Below, one piece after another: positions 10,144-19,836 of a stretch of DNA of 64,000 bases. A model generated the notes under the pieces. It was not told the DNA's origin, searched no databases, and worked only from the letters and a program-made list of their open reading frames with translations. The position numbers and the translations under genes were made by a program. Origin of the DNA: an uncultured Clostridium sp. (GTDB lineage Bacteria; Bacillota; Clostridia; Christensenellales; CAG-138). The stretch lies in contig CAZTFU010000003.1 in the NCBI GenBank assembly GCA_964612925.1, positions 23,425 through 87,424 on the forward strand, read 5' to 3'. Every line of letters starts with the position of its first letter. Position 1 is the first letter of the stretch.

Positions 10144-12237
10144 CTACTCCCCCGTTCTCGGCAGCAATTCGCGCGGCTCGTGGCCGATATAGCGGAGCAA
10201 AAACACTATTGTGCTGAGCATAAACAGCCCTGCCGCTAAAGCAAATGCGGCTGCGCTTACGGTTGCGTCCGCGCCCACTGTAAGCTCCATATCCACCTCA
10301 CTGCCGCCGATAATATATGCACTGAATGCAAGGAATTCTTCGGGCGTAGCGTTGCTTTCCGTCATTATTTTTTCACCTACGGTCTCGGTAAGCATGTGGC
10401 CGACCGCGCTTCCCGCAAGTGCGCCCACAAGCACTATCAGAACCGCACTTAGCAGTACCGCCGCAAAGCATTTGAGCTTACTGCACCCAAGAAGCCGCAT
10501 CGTGCCGACACAATGCTTCTGCGAATTTGCGTAGAAGAACGCTATCATTATTGTGGCTATCACAAGCAGTGCGCCCGAGAGCACCAACAGAAGCTCCGCC
10601 GTGCCGCTGAGCGCTTCAAGGCTCGGCTGTATGCGGGAATACCCCTGATCATAGAAGGTCAGCTTGATGTCGTAATCGTCGCGGTCGAATATGCCCGTTT
10701 CTTCGGCACTTTCAAGGAAATCATTCACCTTGCCGTTTTCGATCCATATCGTAAGCAGTGTGCCGTTCACAGGGCGCGTTTCCTCCTGAGGGGCGTTTTC
10801 AAGCGACCTTTCGGGAATGTATATCGTGTTCCACGCAACATTCAACGATTCCTGCGATATTTCCGAATTGCCCACTATGGGCTTTGTATCGAATATGCCG
10901 ACTACTTCATACTCCCCGCCGTCAAAGAAGTTGTCGCTTTCGGTATATCTGTACAGCGGTGAAAGCGTTGCATCCTCACCGTGATTATTTGAAAAAAGCT
11001 CGTATTCATAAAACTCAAAATTTATTTTTGTGCCGACTTCCCATCCCTGTTTTTGTGCAAGCTCCGCACTGATAATGCAAACATTCGTTCCGTTTGCAAA
11101 TTCCTCGTCCGTTATGCACCTGCCTTCGCGCATAAAAATGTTGCCCATGTGGAATGCGGGCACGCCCATCATATCATCGAGCGCAACAACGCCGAAGGAG
11201 CGTGCATTTATGTAATATGCGCGGCTTATCTGCTCGTATTTTGCTTTAAGTTCGGGGTCGGACTGCACATCGTCATATTTCATCAGCCAGAACGGGTTTT
11301 CCTCTGTCACATCGCCGTAAGTACTTGCCGATTCACCGTAATAATTGGGATTTGAGTTGTAGGTATAGTATATATCATTGAACAAACAATCGCTGTGAAA
11401 TTTGGGGTGCCCCTGTTTGTACTTTCCGTTTGATGCAATGTACCCGTCGGTGCTGTCAACCGCTCCGACAGTGTTAAAAATCACTCCTATATACTCCACA
11501 CCCGGTTCAAGTCCAAAATAGCCCATTTCTTCATTGTAATTCAGCGCTTCGATCTCATTGGCATATGCCTCGCGTGTCATGCGATACACTTCTTCGCCCG
11601 ATGAGCCACGCAATTCTACGCTAAGATCGACTATCCTTTCCTCATATGAAAAACAATCCGTTGCCGATTCCAAAACCTCAATCAGAATATCCGTTCTAAG
11701 TTTACTGTATGTGCCCAATAAAAAGAATGCATTGTATGAATCCTGCACTATAAATTTTCCGTTATCATCGGTATAGAGTATGGTATCGTTAAAGTCCGCA
11801 TCCTTGCCGCGATTATCCTCGGCATTTATTCTAAAGCGAATAACATCATCTGTAAAAGAGGGATAATTATACGATCTGCTCAGCCTTACATTATCTTCGC
11901 TGTACGCACCGTAGCGGGCACGAAGGTCGTACTTTATAACGCTTGGCGCGGTTGTAAGCGGATAGAAATCATACCCATTCACGGTAAGCGAATGGTAGCC
12001 GCCGTAATTTTCGGACGTGATATCATCCGTTAAATTGCCGCGATTGTCAACGTTTGCATAAAGCTCAACCACGGCAATGGTTGTGTATGTATCCGCCGCA
12101 CGTTCCAAATTGTTTACACTGTTTGTGTAAAGGTTCAAGCTTGTACAAAAAAACGCCGTAAGCAGTGCAAGAATCAATATATACAGCACTATTCGCCCGC
12201 TTTTGCGAAACATCTGCCTTAAATGCATTGATAACAT
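10144..12237 (-). CDS. Orphan FtsX/MacB-type permease with ~520-aa ectodomain (paralogue 1 of 4)
   Basis: 697 aa. One N-terminal TM (RIVLYILILALLTAFFCTSLNLY), a large hydrophilic domain and three C-terminal TMs. FtsX-type motif VGTMRLLGCSK after TM2. Tail EPRELLPRTGE. No NBD is fused or adjacent. Confidence 0.75.
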   Translation of the reverse strand: MLSMHLRQMFRKSGRIVLYILILALLTAFFCTSLNLYTNSVNNLERAADTYTTIAVVELYANVDNRGNLTDDITSENYGGYHSLTVNGYDFYPLTTAPSVIKYDLRARYGAYSEDNVRLSRSYNYPSFTDDVIRFRINAEDNRGKDADFNDTILYTDDNGKFIVQDSYNAFFLLGTYSKLRTDILIEVLESATDCFSYEERIVDLSVELRGSSGEEVYRMTREAYANEIEALNYNEEMGYFGLEPGVEYIGVIFNTVGAVDSTDGYIASNGKYKQGHPKFHSDCLFNDIYYTYNSNPNYYGESASTYGDVTEENPFWLMKYDDVQSDPELKAKYEQISRAYYINARSFGVVALDDMMGVPAFHMGNIFMREGRCITDEEFANGTNVCIISAELAQKQGWEVGTKINFEFYEYELFSNNHGEDATLSPLYRYTESDNFFDGGEYEVVGIFDTKPIVGNSEISQESLNVAWNTIYIPERSLENAPQEETRPVNGTLLTIWIENGKVNDFLESAEETGIFDRDDYDIKLTFYDQGYSRIQPSLEALSGTAELLLVLSGALLVIATIMIAFFYANSQKHCVGTMRLLGCSKLKCFAAVLLSAVLIVLVGALAGSAVGHMLTETVGEKIMTESNATPEEFLAFSAYIIGGSEVDMELTVGADATVSAAAFALAAGLFMLSTIVFLLRYIGHEPRELLPRTGE

Positions 12238-12261
12238 ATATGGTTTCCCTCCTTAAAATAG

Positions 12262-12291
12262 TAGTTTCTGCCTGCGGCAAGCCGAGGCGCC
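12262..12291 (-). promoter_or_regulatory. Conserved 5'-UTR hairpin (cgcctcggcttgccgcaggca) just upstream of the RBS
   Basis: The same ~30-nt string recurs at 13117-13146, ahead of the neighbouring lipoprotein gene. Confidence 0.4.
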
Positions 12292-12310
12292 ATTCTTTGC
12301 AGATTCAGCA

Positions 12311-13093
12311 TCAGTGGTCACAAACTATTTTCCGATAGGTTTCAATGCCGTCCTCCACGTAAAAAAGCACCCACCCGTCATTCACATCGGGCTTATTCTC
12401 TGCTGTAACAAGCACTTCGGCAAAGCATTGTTGATCAAAATCATTACCCTTGGCATTCGACTTTTTACACGGTACAAGTTCAAACATATAGCTTATGCTA
12501 TGATTCTCCGAGCACTGTTGGGGCGATACATATGTTACTATACCGTCCTCATTCGAAAACAGCGTCCAGTAACCGTCACGCGTGTCGAAATCAGCCGCAT
12601 ACGCTTCCGTCATGCTGATATATTCTATTTTGTCTAACTCTTGTGCACCCGGGTTAATTGGACACGGAACATCTGTGCTTATTTTCTTTAAATGTTCGCA
12701 GTCTGTTTTACTGTATGTTACCGTGTCCCCTTCGACCGATTCCACGACCCAACTTGGGTCAGGTGATTCGGTGGGGGAGTTTACCTTCCACGTTTCCTTC
12801 ATATCAAGCTGAAGATTATCAACCCTGCACCTTACACGTTCCCTTTTTACATCGTATTTTTCGCCATCCTCAGGCTCGGGTGTGGGTGTTGGAACTATCG
12901 TTGCGGTGGGCTTTGCGGTGGGTTTTACTGTCGGAGTGGGTTTGGAGGTGGTTGAAGCATCGGTAGGGGTTGCGGTTTCCGTCAGCACGGCCTGCTCATT
13001 TTCGTTCGGCAGCTCATCAACCGTTGCCCTTGGTGCGCAAGATGAAAGAAGCATTATGCCTATGCTTAAAAGAATGCAAATGGTTCGCTTCAT
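12311..13093 (-). CDS. Lipoprotein, WKV/TYSK-CxH module family (3 modules)
   Basis: 260 aa with lipobox LLSSC and a Pro/Thr linker. Modules end in EGDTVTYSKTDCEH, EDGIVTYVSPQQCSENH and EDGIETYRKIVCDH. Confidence 0.8.
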   Translation of the reverse strand: MKRTICILLSIGIMLLSSCAPRATVDELPNENEQAVLTETATPTDASTTSKPTPTVKPTAKPTATIVPTPTPEPEDGEKYDVKRERVRCRVDNLQLDMKETWKVNSPTESPDPSWVVESVEGDTVTYSKTDCEHLKKISTDVPCPINPGAQELDKIEYISMTEAYAADFDTRDGYWTLFSNEDGIVTYVSPQQCSENHSISYMFELVPCKKSNAKGNDFDQQCFAEVLVTAENKPDVNDGWVLFYVEDGIETYRKIVCDH

Positions 13094-13116
13094 ATATGGT
13101 TCCCTCCAATATAATT

Positions 13117-13146
13117 AGTTTTTGCCTGCGGCAAGCCGAGGCGTTG
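13117..13146 (-). promoter_or_regulatory. Conserved 5'-UTR hairpin, second copy
   Basis: tagtttttgcctgcggcaagccgaggcg matches 12262-12291. Confidence 0.4.
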
Positions 13147-13194
13147 GGTTTGCACCTTGCGGGTGCGGTCACAAAGGGTTAATACACAGCTTCT

Positions 13195-13480
13195 GCACCG
13201 TGCCTTCCCTGCTTGCGCCTTGTGGCGCATGAGCTTATGCACAACGAGTTACTTTATCCTCTTTGCAGGGCGGCTGAAGGGAGGGGAGTTTCCCTCCCTT
13301 GGAGCCCCCTGCACCCCTCCCATCCTACCCTCGCACGCTTGCGCGGGCAACACGAGGTAAGATAGAGGCGCTTTAATCGAGTTTGCACGGCAGTTTATTT
13401 CATCTGTAGGGCACAATCTCGATTTGTCTGCTCAGTGGCGCGGCCACAGTTAGTTTTGTAAATAGTCCTACCATAGCCTT
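13195..13480 (+). repeat. Dispersed intergenic repeat, family R1
   Basis: Aligns by eye with the 3093-3440 copy (reverse complement) and with 3598-3740. Confidence 0.7.
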
Positions 13481-13694
13481 AACACTTGCGGAGTAGCTCC
13501 AAGGCGAAGCTGCTTCACGATGCGTAGCATCATGCCTGCCGTAAAGCACACTTAGTTTCCCACTGAGGGAAATTACACAGCCTTGTGGCTGAGGCGTCTG
13601 AACGCTCGATATCGAGCTGATTTAATAATACCATCCATAATATACCATGTCAAGCTGTATTTGTGCCCGCCGCACGCGCTCCATAGCAAATAAA

Positions 13695-13725
13695 GAAAAG
13701 CCCCGCGGTACAACGCCGCAGGGCA
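13695..13725 (-). terminator. Rho-independent terminator of the amino-acid ABC operon
   Basis: Minus-strand hairpin ccctgcgg..ccgcgggg followed by cttttctttattt. Confidence 0.55.
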
Positions 13726-13740
13726 GGGAGATACGTTTTT

Positions 13741-14463
13741 TCAAAGCACCTTCGCAAGGAAGTCCTTGGTTCTCGGGTTCTGAGGAGAGTGAAAAATTTC
13801 TTCAGGTGTGCCGCGCTCCATAATGTTTCCTCCGTCCATAAAAAGTACACGATCTGATATTTCGCGCGCAAAGCCCATCTCATGCGACACTATAACGGTG
13901 GTCATGCCGCCCTTTACAAGGTCGCGTATAACGCTCAGCACCTCGCCCACCATTTCGGGGTCAAGCGCGCTTGTGGGCTCATCAAAGAGCATGACATCGG
14001 GTTCCATTGCAAGCGAACGCACTATCGCAAGGCGTTGCTTTTGCCCGCCCGAAAGTTTGTTCGGGTGCTCGTTGCGTTTTTCATATAATCCGACCTTGTT
14101 GAGCAGTTCCTCCGCCTGTGCGGTGGCCTCCTCCTTCGTTTTAAGCTTTTGAAGCACGGGAGCCATTGTTATGTTCTCAATACAGCTCATGTGCGGGAAC
14201 ACGTTGAAGCTTTGGAACACCATTCCCATGCGGCGGCGGTATTTGTTTATGTCAACACCCTTTTGGTTGAGTATCTGCCCCTCGAACTCAACCGTGCCGC
14301 TGTCGGGCATCTCAAGCAGGTTAAGGCAACGCAAAAATGTGCTTTTGCCGCTGCCGCTCGGCCCTATTATGGACACGGCCTCACCCTTTTTGATGTGCTC
14401 CGTTACGCCGTCAAGCACGAGCAATTTGCCGAAGCTTTTATGCAAATCCGTTACCTTAATCAT
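13741..14463 (-). CDS. Polar amino-acid ABC transporter, ATP-binding protein (GlnQ/HisP-like)
   Basis: 240 aa; [27 protein letters not shown]. Confidence 0.9.
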   Translation of the reverse strand: MIKVTDLHKSFGKLLVLDGVTEHIKKGEAVSIIGPSGSGKSTFLRCLNLLEMPDSGTVEFEGQILNQKGVDINKYRRRMGMVFQSFNVFPHMSCIENITMAPVLQKLKTKEEATAQAEELLNKVGLYEKRNEHPNKLSGGQKQRLAIVRSLAMEPDVMLFDEPTSALDPEMVGEVLSVIRDLVKGGMTTVIVSHEMGFAREISDRVLFMDGGNIMERGTPEEIFHSPQNPRTKDFLAKVL

Positions 14464-15136
14464 GGTTCATTCTCCTTTCAAGTGCGCTGACGGCACGGCC
14501 AAGCACAAACGTAAGCACAAAGTATATTATGCCGACCACAAGCAGGCACTGAAGCGGCAAAAACTCCTTACCGTTTACCTTAAGATAGCTTGTCATAAGG
14601 TCGCCCACGAAGAACGTGGATGCAAGCGATGTTTCCTTTATAATGGTTATAAACTCATTGCCGAGCGCGGGCAATATGTTTTTTACCGCCTGCGGCAATA
14701 TTACCTTCACCATTGCCTGAGCCTTTGTCAGGCCAAGACTGCGCGCCGCCTCCGTCTGCCCCTTGTCCACCGCCTGTATGCCCGAACGTATAACCTCGGA
14801 AACATAGGCGGAGCTGTTTATCGTAAGTGCTATCGCAACGCAGGCGAAAGTGCTTACCTCAAGCGCGGGCACTATCATGGGCACCACGAAATAGCCCACA
14901 TATATCTGTAAAAGGCTCGGTGTGCCGCGAATCACCTCAACATAGGCGGTTACGAGAAAGCGTATTATGCGGCTTTTCCCCATTTTGCCGAATGCAAGCA
15001 CCGTGCCCAATATCGCCCCGAAGAAAACCGCCAATGCGGAAAGCTCCAGTGTGACGGATACGCCCTCTATAAGGAATACGTTCCAGTAGCGTTCAACTAT
15101 CTTCAAAAATTTCTCAAAAAAATCAGCAAAAGTCAA
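14456..15136 (-). CDS. Polar amino-acid ABC transporter permease (HisM/GlnP-like)
   Basis: 226 aa membrane protein with EAARSLG motif. Overlaps the ATPase start. Confidence 0.85.
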   Translation of the reverse strand: MTFADFFEKFLKIVERYWNVFLIEGVSVTLELSALAVFFGAILGTVLAFGKMGKSRIIRFLVTAYVEVIRGTPSLLQIYVGYFVVPMIVPALEVSTFACVAIALTINSSAYVSEVIRSGIQAVDKGQTEAARSLGLTKAQAMVKVILPQAVKNILPALGNEFITIIKETSLASTFFVGDLMTSYLKVNGKEFLPLQCLLVVGIIYFVLTFVLGRAVSALERRMNHD

Positions 15137-15222
15137 TGCCCTGTCTCCTCATGCAAAAGATTATAAGCCGCAAATGTGCGGCGGAAGCGAGCCTCCGCCG
15201 CGATAAATCCATGTGTTCCGCC

Positions 15223-16098
15223 TTATTCGTTCGTGCCTGCGGCATCCTCGCCCTCGGGAGCGGGTGACTCATCGGGGTAGGAAATCTCTGCCGCGGATTC
15301 TATACCCGCAAGAGCCTTGGCTTCTTCATACCAGCCGGAGTAGAGGTCGTTCGCCATGCAGTCCGCAAGTATGGCATTCACCTTGTCAAGCAGTTCTTCA
15401 TTGCCCTGCTGAATGAGTATTACGTTGTTTTCGTACTTGGGGTCAACGTCAAACTGAAAGCCCGAAAGCGCAATGTCCTGATTGTTGGCCATTATCGCCT
15501 CCGCATTGCCCGCGGCAACGGCTACGCCGTCAACCTTGCCCGTCTGAAGAGCTACAACCGCCACGTTTATGTCCTTGAAAAGCTCAACCGTGGTGTCCTC
15601 GGGAAGGGCTTCATTGCAAAGCTGTTCCTGAAGGCTTGACGCCTGTGCGCCTATCTTAAGGCCCGCAAAATCTTCCGCCGCGCTGTATTGCCCCGCCTTA
15701 TCGGCAGTGACTATTATCACCTGTTCGGTTTCGTTATCACCCGCAATGTAGTAATCGGAAATGAGGTAGTTTTCGGCACGATACGGCGTCCAACTGAAGC
15801 CCGATATGCCAAGGTCAACGGTGCCGCTCTGCACGGCAAGCTGACTTGCGTCAAAGCTCATGGGCACTATTTCAAGCTCCATGCCAAGCTTTTCCGCAAT
15901 GTGCTTAGAAAGGGTTACGTCAAAGCCGATAAACTGTTCCTGACCCTCTTTTGAGGTATCAACAAACTCCATCGGGGCAAAGTCGGGCGAAAGTGCAACC
16001 TTGAGCACATTCGCATCATCCTCGGTCGCATCATTCGCGCAGGCAACTAAGCCGAGTGCCATTACCAGCACCAACGCAACCACCATAAGCTTCTTCAT
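15223..16098 (-). CDS. Amino-acid ABC transporter substrate-binding lipoprotein
   Basis: 291 aa with lipobox LGLVAC and an SBP_bac_3-like pattern (FAPMEF, GFDV). First gene of the operon. Confidence 0.8.
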   Translation of the reverse strand: MKKLMVVALVLVMALGLVACANDATEDDANVLKVALSPDFAPMEFVDTSKEGQEQFIGFDVTLSKHIAEKLGMELEIVPMSFDASQLAVQSGTVDLGISGFSWTPYRAENYLISDYYIAGDNETEQVIIVTADKAGQYSAAEDFAGLKIGAQASSLQEQLCNEALPEDTTVELFKDINVAVVALQTGKVDGVAVAAGNAEAIMANNQDIALSGFQFDVDPKYENNVILIQQGNEELLDKVNAILADCMANDLYSGWYEEAKALAGIESAAEISYPDESPAPEGEDAAGTNE

Positions 16099-16142
16099 AG
16101 TATATATCCTCCTAAAAATTTGAAGTCATTTGGTATGCGGGT

Positions 16143-16171
16143 AATATACTGCATAAAAATACGCTTGTCAA
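16143..16171 (-). promoter_or_regulatory. Candidate sigma-A promoter (TTGACA-17-TATATT) of the amino-acid ABC operon
   Basis: Hexamers read on the minus strand about 45 nt upstream of the ATG at 16098. Confidence 0.45.
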
Positions 16172-16299
16172 CCCATAAAATGAATATTTTTACAAGAAAT
16201 ATGCTCTTTTTGTGCATAATCGGTGTATATTCGTTATAATGATGCATTCCTTTTGCATATATGCGGAAGGGGGGGAGCGGGGGCTCGTTTGTACAGTAC

Positions 16300-16400
16300 A
16301 AAAAGCTTGCCTCCCCCTTTGGGAGAGGTGTCAGCGAAGCTGACGGAGAGGGCTGAGGTTATGCGTTGCGACTTTATGCCCTCTCAGTCTGCTCCGCAGA
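16300..16400 (+). repeat. Intergenic repeat module R2 (double hairpin + conserved flank)
   Basis: ctcccc-tttg-ggagag, gtcagc-gaa-gctgac, ggagagggc ... tgcgactttatgccctctcagtc. Related copies lie at 3783-3835 and 19722-19830. Confidence 0.65.
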
Positions 16401-16549
16401 CAGCTCAGCACAAACTCTGCGGCTCCTCTCACAAATGTTTACATAAGCTTCATACCCTTGCCCTCAACCATTACCGCGCAAGTGATAAACTTGGGTTGAA
16501 GGTGGGGTGACATTGTTGTATAATAGGTTTTGTGTGAGGTTTTGATACT

Positions 16550-18124
16550 ATGGCAGACAGACAGCGGGGCTCCGCCCCTCAAAAGGCCGCAAGCAGGCGG
16601 GAAAACAGTTTTACACACCCAAAGGCCGTTTCAAGGGCCTTGCTTATTGCGCTTGCCGCCGCAAGCATCATAGTGGCGGTGCTGTATATATTCGTAGGCA
16701 AACAGGATACGGATGTTGAACAGCTTATTGATGACGGTACCATTCTTCAGGGCGTAAGCATAAACGGCATTGACGTATCGGGCATGGACTATAAGGCCGC
16801 ACGAGAAGCGGTACTGCCAAGCGTTGAAGAACAGCTTTACAAAATAAACATAACCGTTGCCCATTCAAGCACTGCGTGGCTGCTCACCGCCGCCGATATG
16901 CAACCCGTGAGCACGCTCGATTCCGCGATTACGGAGGCATTGCTTCTCGGGCGCAGCGGCAGTATAGTCGAAAACGCAAAGCAAAAGGATGATATAGCCG
17001 AAAACGGGTATGACATTTCCGTATACTTTATTCCCGATGAAGATGCCCTTATGGCTCGCCTGTATGAGATAGGCGCGGTGCTTGACGTGGCAAGCGTTGA
17101 ACCGTATGCGGAGGCCGTTACCTCCTCTACGGAGCCTGAATTTATATTCCACGAGGGCATTGACGGCTATGTTCTTGATGAGGAGGCACTCTATGCGGAC
17201 ATAGTTGCCCTGCTTGAGGCGGGTCAGCTCAGTGCAACGCTTTCGCCTTCGCTTGAATACAGCGCTCCTTCCGCTACGGTTGAGGATATAAAGGCCAATA
17301 CCCGGCTTGTTTCCACATTTCAAACTTCCTTTGGCGGCAGTCGTGCCGCGCGCAACGAAAACCGCGTAGGCAACATACAAAAGGCGTGTACACTGCTTAA
17401 CGGCCACCGTGTTGAGGATAAAACGGAGTTCAGCTTTAACGGCTACATAGGCCCCCGCACGGAGGAAGGCGGCTGGCCGCTTGCCCCGGGCATAGTAAAC
17501 GGCAACAGGTATGAAGATGAGCCGGGCGGCGGCATTTGCCAAGTCTCCACGACCCTTTACAATGCACTGCTTTGCGCAAACGCAAGTATGCAGCGCGGCT
17601 CAACGCTTGAAGATATTCTTGAGCAAAATATAGAGGGTATCTCCATTACCGAGCGCAAGCACCATTCGTGGCCGTCAAGCTATGTCGATACGGGACTTGA
17701 TTCAACCGTTACGGGCACGGTGGAAAACGGCAAAAGCCTTGATTTTGTGAACAATACGGGTTATCCTATATATATATTCGCCTACTGTGACCAAGCGGCG
17801 TATACCGTTACCGTGTATATATACGGCAAACCGCTTGAAGAGGGCGTAACGTATCAGGTGCGCGGCGTTGTTGAAGAGGTGATTGAGCCGGGCGAAACGA
17901 TAATCACCTATGATATGACAAAGCCTGCCGACTACAGCGAAGTGACCATAACCGCCCGCAAGGGCTACAAGGCCGCCGCGTACAGGGACAAGTACCTAAA
18001 CGGCATATTGGTCGAGGATGCAACGGAACTTCTCTATACGGAGACGTACAGGGCCGTTACGGGCGAAAAAATCGTGGGTACGGGCGGAGCTCAGCCGCCT
18101 GTAACAACGACTCAGGAAGGGTAG
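16550..18124 (+). CDS. VanW-family protein (membrane-anchored)
   Basis: 524 aa with an N-terminal TM. VanW core: GGGICQVSTTLYNA ... ERKHHSWPSSYV. Confidence 0.8.
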   Translation: MADRQRGSAPQKAASRRENSFTHPKAVSRALLIALAAASIIVAVLYIFVGKQDTDVEQLIDDGTILQGVSINGIDVSGMDYKAAREAVLPSVEEQLYKINITVAHSSTAWLLTAADMQPVSTLDSAITEALLLGRSGSIVENAKQKDDIAENGYDISVYFIPDEDALMARLYEIGAVLDVASVEPYAEAVTSSTEPEFIFHEGIDGYVLDEEALYADIVALLEAGQLSATLSPSLEYSAPSATVEDIKANTRLVSTFQTSFGGSRAARNENRVGNIQKACTLLNGHRVEDKTEFSFNGYIGPRTEEGGWPLAPGIVNGNRYEDEPGGGICQVSTTLYNALLCANASMQRGSTLEDILEQNIEGISITERKHHSWPSSYVDTGLDSTVTGTVENGKSLDFVNNTGYPIYIFAYCDQAAYTVTVYIYGKPLEEGVTYQVRGVVEEVIEPGETIITYDMTKPADYSEVTITARKGYKAAAYRDKYLNGILVEDATELLYTETYRAVTGEKIVGTGGAQPPVTTTQEG

Positions 18125-18189
18125 CTTTACCGAGGCGAAAGCCTTGGAGCGATATAAACATAAGCATTAACATTCAGGAGGAAAACACT

Positions 18190-19386
18190 ATGAAGTTTTC
18201 GAGCAAAATCGAAAAATGCAACCTTTCTCCCATCCGCAAGTTCTACCCCTATCAGGTGGAATGTGCAAAGCGTGGGATAAAGATCTACCATCTCAATATC
18301 GGCCAGCCCGATATAGCCACCCCGCCGGCATATTTTGATGCCGTAAAGGATTTCAAGCTTCCGGTGCTCGAATATGCTCCATCCCCCGGAATACCCGATA
18401 TGGTGAAGGCTGTTCAGGGCTATTATGACAACCTTGGCATACACTATGCCACCAATGACATCTTTGTCACCACCGGCGGCAGTGAGGCACTGACCATCGC
18501 ACTCAACTGCATACTTGATGACGGTGACGAGATAATCATTCCCGAACCCTTCTATCCCAACTACAACACGTTTGTCCGCACGACCGGCGCAACAATCCGT
18601 CCCCTTACCACCCATGCGGAGGAGGGCTACAAGTTCGCCATCCGCGAGCGCATAGAGGCTCTTATAAACGAGCATACCCGCGCGATACTGTTCACCAACC
18701 CCGGCAACCCCACGGGTACCGTGCTTACCCCCGAGGAGCTTAGGGTAATGGCGGATGTGGCCAAGGAGCATGACCTGTTCCTTATCGGTGACGAGGTGTA
18801 CCGTGAGTTCGTATACGGCGGCGAGCCGCTTGCAACCATAGGTCAGTTTGAAGATATCAATGATAATGCAATTATCATAGACTCCGTTTCAAAGCGTTTC
18901 AGCGCGTGCGGTGCCCGTATAGGCTGCATGATAACCCGTAACAAGCAGCTGCAGCAGAACGCAATGAAGTTCTGTCAGGCTCGTTTGAGCGTTGCTACAC
19001 TTGACCAAGTTGCATCCGCCGCGCTTTACACCGTTGGCAGCGAATACTTTGACGAGGTGCGTGACGAATACCGCCGCCGCCGCGATACCATCTATCGCAA
19101 GCTGCTCGAGATACCCGGCGTTGTCTGCAAGGAGCCCAAGGGTGCATTCTACGTAATGGCAAAGCTGCCCGTTGACGATACCGACAAGTTCCAGACTTGG
19201 CTGCTCACCGAGTTCAGCGACAATAACGAAACCGTTATGTATGCGCCCGGCAACGGCTTCTACGCCACTCCCGGTCACGGCGTGAACGAGGTTCGCTTGG
19301 CCTACGTGCTCAAGTGCGAAGATATCGAGCGCGCAATGGACCTGCTTGCAAAGGCAATCAAGCAGTACAACGAGCTGAATAAATAA
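18190..19386 (+). CDS. Class I/II PLP-dependent aminotransferase (aspartate/aromatic type)
   Basis: 398 aa; PNYNT, NPGNPTG, SVSKRFSACGARIG (PLP lysine). Confidence 0.85.
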   Translation: MKFSSKIEKCNLSPIRKFYPYQVECAKRGIKIYHLNIGQPDIATPPAYFDAVKDFKLPVLEYAPSPGIPDMVKAVQGYYDNLGIHYATNDIFVTTGGSEALTIALNCILDDGDEIIIPEPFYPNYNTFVRTTGATIRPLTTHAEEGYKFAIRERIEALINEHTRAILFTNPGNPTGTVLTPEELRVMADVAKEHDLFLIGDEVYREFVYGGEPLATIGQFEDINDNAIIIDSVSKRFSACGARIGCMITRNKQLQQNAMKFCQARLSVATLDQVASAALYTVGSEYFDEVRDEYRRRRDTIYRKLLEIPGVVCKEPKGAFYVMAKLPVDDTDKFQTWLLTEFSDNNETVMYAPGNGFYATPGHGVNEVRLAYVLKCEDIERAMDLLAKAIKQYNELNK

Positions 19387-19400
19387 GCTTAAGCATATAA

Positions 19401-19433
19401 ATAGGGGATGGAGCAACCATCCCCCTATTTTTG
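19401..19433 (+). terminator. Rho-independent terminator of the aminotransferase gene
   Basis: ataggggatgg-agcaa-ccatccccctat followed by ttttt. Confidence 0.7.
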
Positions 19434-19589
19434 TGCATTTTTGACTGTCGGCTTTCGAAATGAGTCGGTGGGGCACAGTGTGCGCCTTGTAAAGCTCAGC
19501 ATAAACGGTGAACCGGTGAGCTTGAGCGAGGGAGCATAACAGATGCGCTCCCGAGCGGCACGAACGGGGGACGATGGGGGCGCAAGAAT

Positions 19590-19680
19590 CTATCGCCACC
19601 CGTATCGCCACCCAAAAAACGCCTAAATATCTACGTTTTGGACGATTGGACGATGGGGGCGATGGTTTTATGGGAGAGCG
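19590..19680 (+). repeat. Solo copy of the inverted-repeat arm that flanks the RepA-like gene
   Basis: atcgccaccc x2 ... gcctaaatatctacgttttggacgattggacgatgg..ggtttta parallels 24268-24357. Confidence 0.6.
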
Positions 19681-19721
19681 TCAAGTGAGCTGCCGTCTTG
19701 GCTCGTTTGTGCGGGAGAAAA

Positions 19722-19830
19722 AAGCCTCCCCTGTGTAAGGGGAGGTGGCAAAATCTCTGATTTTGACGGAGGGGTTGTCGAGACTGTACAGTGCGACTTT
19801 ATGCCCTCTCAGTCACGGCTTACGCCGCCA
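19722..19830 (+). repeat. Intergenic repeat module R2
   Basis: cctcccc-tgtgtaa-ggggagg, caaaatc-tct-gattttg, acggagggg ... tgcgactttatgccctctcagtc. Confidence 0.65.
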
Positions 19831-19836
19831 AGTATA

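Noticed and set aside
13741-14463. GlnQ-like ATPase, or the 49190-52790 and 57116-59041 NBDs, as the missing partner of the FtsX-type permeases
   Set aside because: The GlnQ-like ATPase sits in a complete importer operon with its own permease and SBP. The other NBDs are fused half-transporters or an ABC-F protein without membrane partners.
18127-19611. Minus-strand ORFs 18127-18771 and 18889-19611
   Set aside because: They lie antisense to the aminotransferase, which has clear PLP-enzyme motifs. These are shadow ORFs.
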